A stretch of DNA of 64,000 bases. It comes from Octopus sinensis. Taxonomy: Eukaryota. The notes beneath the pieces were generated by a model. The model made no database searches. It was not told where the DNA came from and saw only the letters and a program-made list of their open reading frames with translations. Within the stretch, counting starts at the first letter, position 1, and every line of letters begins with the position of its first letter. The position numbers were made by a program, and so were the translations under genes. The stretch is from assembly GCF_006345805.1 (NCBI RefSeq), contig NC_043008.1:29884001-29948000 (forward strand). The letters are read 5' to 3'. This document shows positions 54,303 through 64,000 of this stretch, one piece after another.

Positions 54303-55654
54303 GTAATTTTTTTTACACTTACGTACACATTGTAATACATTTTTTTATAGGTATGTGCAAATTTGTGTGCGCGCGTAATTATATTTTGGTGTAAATATGT
54401 GTAAATAGCAGTCAACCCTTTGAAGCATTTTACATTTAATTCACAAATTATTCGCTTTAATGTTTTTTTTTTATAATATCCTTCACGTCTTTTAAAGTTT
54501 TGTTTTGAACAATACCATTCCTAAACCCATATAACCTTTAGCGTGTTGTAACCCGTATCGTGTTTAATATATATGTATAAAGAACAAAAATGACAATTAT
54601 TGTATATATTAATATACCAAAAGGTGAAGAGCATAAAAAGATAACACGAGTTTGTACGTATATACAAAAACATAACCATATACATTCACACACATGCAAA
54701 CTTACACACACACACACGCACACATATGATGCAAAACATCAGTAATATATGTTTTCAATTAGGCCATTTTGATCTTTAGGCTGACTTGATTGTTTATGTG
54801 TCCTCTTTATGTCTTTATGTCTTCAGGATATCACATTAGAGATGTTTAGCTGTGGTTACAAGCATGTGATAGCTATCTAAGCTGTTTATTCCTCATGTTT
54901 CTTAATGATTACGTATACTTATTTTTATTTCACACTTGCTCTGATATTCTCATTTCATTATCACTAGCTTGGCTTTTATGTGAAACTCTAGGAATCAACC
55001 TTACTTACTCACGTAACGTACTTTTCTTTCATTTTCTCTCACTGTTTCTTTCAAAATATTCTTTTATGCCTTTGATCCTCAATACTGAATCTTTCCCACT
55101 CTACTTTTTGCAAAATATTTGACTCTCATTTCTTTTCGACTCCATTGATATATTTCAGTCTCGCTGTCTTTTTATCTCCTTTCAGCTCTTTCCGCATAGA
55201 CTTCAATTCCAGCAAAGGTCTAAAGCCTCTTTTCTTTATTTCACCCTACTTTCTCATACTCGATAATTTTACCGGTTTCTCAATTTCCTCCCGCTCTACA
55301 CTTTACTTATTTCACTCTCTTTAACAACCACGTTTTCTCTTCCAGGAACAGCTGCTATAACAGTGGAAGAAATGTTCATTTTCTACACCTTATAGTAGAT
55401 TTGATATGACAAGATAATCATATTAGATTGAAATGCGAGGTGCCATGCATTTGTAACACATTATTTATGATTAGATGGATTAGCATCTCATAATGGCGTT
55501 GCTATTTCTATTTATGTGCTTTACTGTTACTCTCAGCTATGTTGTGAATACAAGAATACACAAATGTTACTCCACATATTTTGGTCGTATATCCATAATT
55601 ATACTAATGCAAAACCTTTGTTGGTTAGGAACTATCAACATTTTTTTTTTTCGA

Positions 55655-56010
55655 TTTGGTTACGAAGCTTGCATTGTCGTTTCGCTTCAGTCCCACTGCA
55701 CAATAGGGTGAACTAGTGTCTTTTAATATAGCTCCTGTTCGACTGATTCCTTGTGAGTGAAGCAGGTAGACACCAACAATTTGGAAGCACTCTGTATATA
55801 TAAATATTTGTGTCCTTTTATTTCTTACCCACCGTTGTCTTGACAACCGGTGTTGGTGAGTTTATGTTTCCTAAGGTTTGGGATAAGAGAGCAATAGGGT
55901 ACGGTTCAGACGAAGAAAATAAGAAGAGGGTTAGATTATTTCGACTAAACACTTTAACATGGTGCTTCAGCATGGCCGCAGTCTGATGCCTGAAACAAAT
56001 TATAAACGAA
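55655..56010 (+). mobile_element. Diverged copy of the major SINE
   Basis: cagtcccactgc...gtcttgacaaccggtgttggtg...ggtgcttcagcatggccgcagtctgatgcctgaaac aligns to 60769-61246. Confidence 0.75.
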
Positions 56011-57516
56011 CGATAATATTGTAAATATAAACGTAAAAATTCTGATTTTTGTCATAAACTACGAAATGTCGTTACATACGAAATTGTCTTTGACGTAAGC
56101 CAAATCATTAGACTGTTTGGCAACAGCTTGCTCAACAATGTTATATAATGTATGGCTTATAGTTACATCGCACTGTTTCTAAGCAGGAATAAGGGCCTAT
56201 GCTTTTCCTTGTAGTTATGAATATTGTTCACTCCAATATTTTTTAATAATATCATTATACGCCAACATTGCATGCACTACACAATTTCCTTTCTAGAAGT
56301 AACTCTATTTTAAACTACGTCCTTGCAAATACTTTCACTACAGATTCATAGCCTTCGAACATAAATGCCAAACAAACATGAATGTCTAAAAGAAGATGTT
56401 AAAATCTTATATACAGTAGGAGCGAGATTTGACTAGCGTATTGCTTTACACTGAGGAGATCCAAAAAACCAAAATCATGTGATATACGATATCTGGCTCC
56501 CATGGCAGGCGAATTTTGCCTACAACAATCTATATGTGTGCTTTTATACACCAATCGGTTATATGAGAGTATCTCATATAAGCTAATAACGCCGTATTTG
56601 ATGTTCTAACAAGGCATCCATGTGAAGTTGGATAGACAGATCACTTTTTAGTATTAATACTATATCTAATAATTAATGAATGTAGTTTCGCTACTCTCTA
56701 TTATATTAAATGTTTTGCAAAAAACTATTCTCTTATTCACGCAAAATAACATTCATCGCCATGGTTGTCATCAATTTCTTTTCTGAATAATTCTTTAAAA
56801 CCATATCTCATTTCTATTTTCTCGGAATCCAATAGTTATAATTCTATCGGCAGTTAATATAGAAAACCAATGTATAAATGTTTGTATTAATTTGAAGAAA
56901 ATTTGTTTTCCTTATATGGTTCAACAATCCCTTAGTTTTTGCAATTGAATACATGCTTTTCATCGATTTATTTTCGCCGAGATAAGAAGTCATTATTTTT
57001 TTATAACTTTATTACAAAAGCCAGGAACGGTTATGTAACAGATATATCTTTAATTGTGAATATTCAATTTGACAACAGAAGGTTTGCTCCGTGAATAAAT
57101 GGTTCTCACTTCGTTAACATACAATTAAAATTCATAGCAGATATAAGAAACCTATTTATAAATATATTTCATTATATAAAGTTTAACTAACGTACTGGAT
57201 GTTATCTAATCATTGTATCGTTTTTCAATATCATGACATAGCTGTGATACAATAACTGTATCAGTGATACAGGCGAAACAGTAATTTATACAAGCGCGAG
57301 CGCTTGATATGTTATAACCGGTAGTTTACCCGATTATACTGCACGCCGTAATTCTCTGAATATATACACACAGCAAGGTACAACTGCCCGCAGTACGAGA
57401 TTGTTGCGTAGTGTTACCGTCTAAATATACAATATATATATGTAGGTCCCGGGTTGAGTCGGGGTTAACCACAGTAAATAAGGTACTCAATACATAGCAG
57501 AGTAAATTAATTTATT

Positions 57517-57627
57517 TTATAGAAGGAGCTTCTACAGGACTAGAACTGTTTCATTCAAAAGAAATCATCAGGAGCTTCCTGATGATTTCTTTTGAATGAA
57601 ACAGTTCTAGTCCTGTAGAAGCTCCTT

Positions 57628-57633
<6 letters not shown>
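57517..57633. repeat. Perfect 117-bp palindrome (57-bp arms, 3-nt loop)
   Basis: 57517-57573 is the exact reverse complement of 57577-57633, with loop GCT. Confidence 0.97.
57570..57626 (+). ncRNA. Type I hammerhead ribozyme motif
   Basis: Stem I AGGAGCTTC/GAAGCTCCT (9 bp); core CTGATGA; stem II TTTC-TTTT-GAAT with an atypical U.U closing pair; GAA; stem III ACAG-TTCTAGTC-CTGT; GUA cleavage triplet ending at 57617. Confidence 0.7.
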
Positions 57634-57668
<35 letters not shown>

Positions 57669-57727
57669 TACCAGCTTCAATTCATAATATAACAAGGGTG
57701 AGAATAAGTTATGAATTTTAATACATC

Positions 57728-58600
57728 CTAATATAGACTGATAAAGTTTTGAGACTTTTTCAGGAGATACATTTATTAATTTCAAGGAAGTAAAAATCTC
57801 TAATTACCTTCCAAGTAGAATTCTTTGACTTCAATGCTCTTCTTTGAGGACTCGAGTTAATTCCTGAAAGCCTCATGATTGTTCTCCAAAGTGTATGTGT
57901 CCAGGATCCTTGTCACAGTCTCCGGCATCTTTACAATGACGTATCCCGAGGTTCTTCTCCAGTTGAAGAACAACCAAAGTCAAAGCAAATCCTGATTGTA
58001 GGATGGGTGGGGAATAGTTCCGATGTCCATTCTGTCAAGTAGTTAGATACCAGGGTACACGATAATATGCACACAGCGAATAACTTTGCACAAATTTGTG
58101 ATAAGTTCAGTTTTTCATGAAAAATTCAGATACAGTTGTCAGAGTAACACAAAGCCCTATGCTTACTGTCTTTAAAGACATCCGACAGTCTTCATTAAAA
58201 AAATTCCAACTTTTTTCAACCACCTCTCATGTTTTGACGTCCTTCTCCTGCTCACACCTCTTACCCACCCTCACATCGTTTCTACTGGCCTCGAGTCTCT
58301 TGTACCAGCAAAAAAGTTAACCCAAGTGGAATTCTGGAGTATTTCATAAGTGTCTATGGAGTTTTTTGTCCTGTTTAAGACAAAACGTTATTGCATAGTG
58401 AGCTTCCAAATGTCCTGAGTGTATTGTACACACTAGTCAGCTGTGACTATTGAGAGTGCTGTCACAGTCATATCTTTCAACCGGGAATAAAACAAGAGGG
58501 CGTTTCAGTATAGTAATGATATACGAAAGATAAAAATAATCTAGAACAGTCATAACTGCTTTTCCTAAGAAGTCTCAAAACTTCTAGAATACACGTCGTA
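57728..58600 (-). mobile_element. Internally deleted mariner element
   Basis: A shared aagttttgagactt TIR core at both ends. The N-terminal WYKR..HEKLNLSQICAK joins almost directly to IGTIPHPSYNQDL..LWLF and C-terminal LESSKKSIEVKEFYLEGN. Confidence 0.75.
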
Positions 58601-59174
58601 ATTGTAATACATTATTGCATACACAAGTACACGCACGCACGCACACACACACACACACACAAATACCCACAAACACGTACAAGCACACACATATATGTAT
58701 GTATATAATGCTAATAAATAGATCACAAAAAATAAACGATTATCTTACGAACACCATCAGCTTACAGATGTTTCTCCTATGATGTACGGTGGAATCATAG
58801 TCGAGTGACTTATAGCTTCATCGGAGCCGTGAAATTCTTTTGATAAAAGAATAACATTTATGCATATATTTGTGTAAAGGAATGACCATTGAAAAAAGAA
58901 ACATGAAGAGGTTGAATACCAGTGGCTCCAACATGACATGTGTATCAGCATGGATGTAGATAGATGTAAAATAGGTCTAACAATAACGATATATGTATAA
59001 CACGTACATGTATCAGCATACACAATCACACACATACACACACACGTATAATGTATATATATATATATATATTATATATATATATAATATATATATATAT
59101 ATGTGTTTGTGAGTGTATGTGTGTGTGTGCGCGTGTGTGCGCGCGTGTGTGCGCGCGTGTGTGTGTGTGTGTGT

Positions 59175-59270
59175 TTGGCATCTTGACCGAGTGTCTTCTG
59201 CTATAGCCACGGGCAAACCAAAGCCCTGTGATGGGATTTGGTAGACGGAAAGAGAAAAACCCGTCTCTCA
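59175..59270 (+). mobile_element. Fragment of the major SINE
   Basis: gagtgtcttctgctatagccacgggcaaaccaaagccctgtgatgggatttggtagacggaaa. Confidence 0.75.
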
Positions 59271-60074
59271 CACACATACAAGCATATATAAATATATATA
59301 CACACACATACACACACATATACACACACACACACACATATACATATATATATATACACCGATCGCATACATATATCCAAATATTTATACACATGTATGT
59401 CTGTACACGCACACCTTCAGACGCATACACACACATACACACAGACACATAAAACGAAAAGAAGATAAAGGAAAAGAGATGGGAGAATAAGGAAAGCGTG
59501 GGGGAGGAGTAAACAAAAGCGTTTACCAAGGTCATTAACACTTTTGTAGATGAAAGGAATTTGATGAAAGAGGACAGTTTGGCAAAAGAAATGAGGAAGA
59601 ACTTGTGTGGCCTCTGTACGTCTTATGTGTGTATGTGTGTGTGCGCGCGCCATTATAAAAGCTATGTGGAGGAGTGGTAAGATGTGTATTCGTAGATGAT
59701 AGAATAGAGAAGTAAAATGATTAAATCCGACACGAAGAAAAAATGGAAGGACATAAGACATTCTCAAACATAGACATACATATACGTGCATGCGCAAATG
59801 TAAAAACATACATACGCATACATACATAAATACATACGCTCGTACAAATATAGACGAACATACACGTATATATAGACATTAAGACATATATATTCGTACA
59901 TGAATATATACACATACCTATATATAAATAAAACAAGTATACTCAAGTATGGAGATTCATACATACATGCATCTTATATATATATATATTATATATATAT
60001 ATATATAATTATGTATGTGTGTGTTTGTGTGTGTGTGTGTGTGTGTGCGTGCGTTTTAATCCTTCTCCACATTC

Positions 60075-60370
60075 GCTAGGTCCCAGTTCGAATGCTGCTG
60101 CCCATTATGGATCCCCCTACAAAAAAAAACAAGACATAACGAGGATGGAAGCGCCACAAAGATCAATCACTAAAAACTAAATGGCATGATGGGACTTTAT
60201 TATTGGGCTGTACTTAAACAGCTGAAGCTCTATTCTCTGCAACAACGCCGTGAGCGATATATTATTTGCAACATGTGGAAAATATTCCATCAATATTTTC
60301 CAAATGATATCGGTATTATGTTTACAATTCACTCTAGCCTTGGTTCCCTTGCAATACATCCCCCACAAAG
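60075..60370 (+). mobile_element. CR1/L2-like LINE RT C-terminal fragment
   Basis: ECCCPLWIP..KQDITRMEAPQRSITK and YWAVLKQLKLYSLQQRRERYIICNMWKI match the LxLYSLxxRR.R motif at the end of CR1-clade RTs. Confidence 0.65.
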
Positions 60371-60410
60371 GTTGAGATTACATCATATAAGAACATTACG
60401 ACATAAAATA

Positions 60411-60477
<67 letters not shown>

Positions 60478-60613
60478 GCATACATACATACATACATACA
60501 TACATACATACATACATACATACATAGTATTAATTTACAAAAAACAAAAGACGAAGACGGGTGTGTAAACAACAAACAGATGTATTTGTTTAACGCTCAG
60601 TAAGTGAGAGAGT

Positions 60614-60649
60614 CTTTTACGTTTCGAGCTTACGCTCTTCGACAGAAAG
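60614..60649 (-). ncRNA. Minimal type I hammerhead motif with variant core (CUGUCGA)
   Basis: The minus strand reads CTTT-CTGTCGA-A-GAGC-GTAA-GCTC-GAA-ACGT-A-AAAG: a 4-bp stem I, a GNRA-capped stem II, a palindromic ACGT stem III and a GUA site. One core position (A6) is U. Confidence 0.6.
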
Positions 60650-60768
60650 GAACACAGAAATAAACAGGGAGGTAAAATAAAAAAAAAGGTTTAGTGGCTA
60701 GCGATCTGGCGAATGTTGAGAGAGGTGTCACACAGGAGAGCTAGGAAGAAGGTGATATATTATATATA

Positions 60769-61246
60769 GGCGCAGGAGTGGCCGAGTGGCAAGTAGCTTG
60801 CTTACCAACCACATGGTTCTGGATTCAGTCCCACTGCGTAGCATCTTGGGCAAGTGTCTTCTACTATAGGCTCCAGTAGATCAATGCCTTGCGAGTGGAT
60901 TTGGTGGAAGGAAACTAAAAGAAGTCCATCGTATATATATATACATATATATATATATATAATATATATATATATATTATATATATATATATATATTATG
61001 TGTGTGTGTGTATTTGTGTGTGTGTGTGTGTTTGTGTGCATGTTTGTGTATCTGTGTTTGTCCCCCTAACTTCGCTTGACAACCGACGCTGGTGTGTTTA
61101 CGCCCCCGTAACTCAGCAAAATAGATCGATAGAATTAGTACTAGGCTTACAAAGAATAATTCATAGGGTCGATTTGTTCGACTAAAGGCCATGCTCCAGC
61201 ATGCCCGAAGTGAAATGACTGAAACGAATAGAAGAAATAAAGAATA
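60769..61246 (+). mobile_element. Full-length major tRNA-derived SINE with internal (TA)n/(TG)n
   Basis: Head ggcgcaggagtggccgagtggcaag..ggttctggattcagtccc, internal microsatellite, tail ggtcgatttgttcgactaaaggccatgctccagcatg..gactgaaac. Several partial copies occur in the window. Confidence 0.88.
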
Positions 61247-61422
61247 TACGTACATATACAACAAGCTTCTTTCTATTTCTGTCTACGAATCCACTCCTGT
61301 CCCCTCGCTAAATTAGAAGATAGTCTCTCATGGCACCACGCGGAAGAATTTGGTTGGAAAGGTAAGTTCTTATCATGTAGCCGTGTGTGTGTGTGTATTT
61401 ATATATATATATATACCAACAC

Positions 61423-61457
<35 letters not shown>

Positions 61458-62559
61458 CATATGTCATACATTGCGAACTTATTTATTTACATAACTAAGT
61501 CGTGTAGATAAAAAACTCGTAGTATTTTACATCTTTATAGATGTGCTGGCCATGAATGTCTCAATTAGTTATGTTATAAGATCTCATTTACTATCAGATA
61601 TACACGTGGTATCCTATTTTGCCACATAGAAAATTGTTCGAAGTAATAATCAATTCATCTGTTTTGTCACGTACAGAACACCGCGGAGCATTATTACGTA
61701 AATTTCACATCATCTTTTTTAATATCTACATACGCAGAATGATGTAAATTATAAATGCATTATTATTACAATCGATATAGTAGTAAAGATCTGATGAACT
61801 TAGTAGCATTCATCATACTTCAAGTGGAAGAATCTTCTCAAAATATTTCTATCATTTCCAACAATTCAATGTATTATTTCAACCTTCAGTTTTGTAAGAA
61901 GATAATCTCGACTCCCCGAAATATATATATGAGACAAAGAAGAAAAAGAAAGCAAAAGAAACACGTTGTCTACAATAAAGGATATGATATAATCTAGTCT
62001 CCTGTCTGAGAGACATCTATCTTATCTCAGTAGAAAATTAGAAATATCTAGCTACGATGAATCTGCAACAAAATGCACACACGGAAACGTACTGAAGAAG
62101 TAGCGTTTATACAGGAATCAATGACAAATCTATATTGAAAGATGATCTTATAATTACCATTGCACCTTACACTAATATATTATACACTCTAGGGCAGGAT
62201 TCGTGACAGACGAACTGTAGACAGATACTTAGCTAGGAAGTTGGTCGACAGGAAAGAAAAGGACTTCTGGGAGGAGAATGAAAGCAGAAGAATGTCAGCA
62301 GCGTGCGCGGAACGAATCTGAGTGAACTCTACAAAAAATAACCAACGACTTAAAGCCCTATTGTACCTAAAGTAATAAACCTTTGGTAAATGTATTCTCG
62401 TCTCCACTAGTTTGTTTGTGTAGGCAACCCGCTTGTACACGATACTACATATATGAATATTCAGAATGAAGGTAATGTGTGTGTGTGTTTGTATATACCT
62501 ATGTACGCATATACAGTAATCTCTCGCCATATCGCTGTTCACCAATCGTGGTATATTTT

Positions 62560-63200
62560 TATGCGAAAAGAGGTGTGTATGAGGGCGTGATTGTGCCGAC
62601 AATGTTATATAGTGCAGAGACGTGGGTTAGGGTGCTGAGAGAGGCGGAAAGGAGGTGACTAGCTGCGTTTGAAATGAGATGTTTGAGGGTTATAGGTGGT
62701 GTGACACGGATGGACGAGATGAGGAAGGTGAGGTGCGAAGTCGAGTAGGAATGAGAGAAGAACTAACAACCAAGATGGATGGACGAATGTTGAGGTGGTT
62801 TGGCAATAAGGGTGAGGAGCGGATGGTAAGGAGGGTGATGAATGCAGAAGTGGTAGGCAGTAGGTCCAAAGGCAGACCTCGGTTTGTGTGGATGAATGGA
62901 GTGAGGGAAGCTTTGGTGGTTAGATGTGTTGGGGTGAGAGAGGCAAGAAAATTTATAAATGATAGGAAAGCTTGGTGACTGTGGACCGATGAGTAAATTT
63001 GATGTTGCTCAAAGGGGTACGGAACCAGCATGACACGGCGGGGGTAAACCAGTACATGCGGCCGGGCCTCACTGCTGATACTGGGGGTTGCTTTCTATGC
63101 CTTCATCCGAGCATAGAATAGGGCTCGTCTCTTTGAGCTGGGAAATGAATGGAATGCCTGGTGTGTGTTTTCTTGTGGCTACCCCTCCTTAAAATATGGG
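62560..63200 (+). mobile_element. RTE-type LINE 3' end (RT C-terminus plus 3' UTR), decayed
   Basis: AKRGVYEGVIVPTMLYSAETW..AFEMRCLRVIGGVTRMD..EVRSRVG..RMLRWFG..RSKGRPRFVWMNGV..DRKAW. Confidence 0.85.
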
Positions 63201-63884
63201 GAATATACTTGTGTAAATAAAAACAAATTCTGTATACGTCGATTCCTCCGTGGTGTTGCTTTGCATTTACAACAAAATAAATATAGACAAATTATAAATA
63301 CAATAAAAAATATACAATACAATACATTTTCTATTTCATAGATTTTCACCGATGGGGAAGGGGTTGGAACATAACACCCGCAATATTCGAAGGGTTACTA
63401 TATGCATATATATATAAATCCATGAAGTCTAAAGGTAAGAGGGCTGAATACACATAATCTAACCACGTGCTTTCCTTATGATTACAGCCATATTACAATG
63501 TAATATTAATGTAATATCATGTAGTATTAATTTCTTTACGGAAGAAATTGTGCGTGCATGATTTCATTAATATGTTTGCTTAGCATTCTACGATGCAATT
63601 TGTCTATTCACAAGTCAATACAAATAAACTAAGCTAGCTCATCAGATACGGGAGCTAGCTTTAGACAGATGAATGGATGGATGGATGGGTGGATGGGTGG
63701 ATTACATTCACAAAGAAAGGAAAAGTTTTCTCTGACATCGAAGTGCTGATTGTGAGTAAGCAGAAACTTCTAAATCATGGTATAACTATTGAAAAATCTT
63801 TGAATGCTAATTTTTTTATATTTCTTGAATTAGAAAAATGCATTTACTCATCTCTCTCTAACTGTCTATATACCTGTATGTCTA

Positions 63885-64000
<116 letters not shown>

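Noticed and set aside
57283-57300. Small GC hairpin caagcg-cgag-cgcttg
   Set aside because: It is short, is not followed by a Helitron CTRR end, and has no other supporting context.

Overview
AT-rich eukaryotic DNA packed with microsatellites. The SINE families and the (TA)n/(TG)n/(GATA)n load resemble an Octopus (coleoid cephalopod) genome; this is recognition from memory, not a database result. I can support no complete host protein-coding gene, so the window looks intergenic or deep-intronic. Nearly all long ORFs in the track are microsatellite read-throughs or decayed transposon frames. Identifiable content: two R4/Dong-type (RLE) non-LTR elements, one with both ends but no reverse transcriptase; a Penelope-like GIY-YIG fragment with a ~500-bp low-complexity insert; RTE and CR1-like LINE pieces; four Tc1/mariner relics, one full length; a non-autonomous Helitron; many tRNA-derived SINEs; a 444-bp tandem triplication; and a 100-N scaffold gap. 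The most interesting signal is a set of hammerhead-ribozyme motifs of the Penelope-repeat type. One near-complete type I hammerhead is locked inside a perfect 117-bp palindrome (57517-57633), one minimal hammerhead has a CUGUCGA core (60614-60649), and a direct-repeat-flanked unit resembles a retrozyme (44657-45725). One candidate minus-strand exon (30068-30246) is weakly supported.
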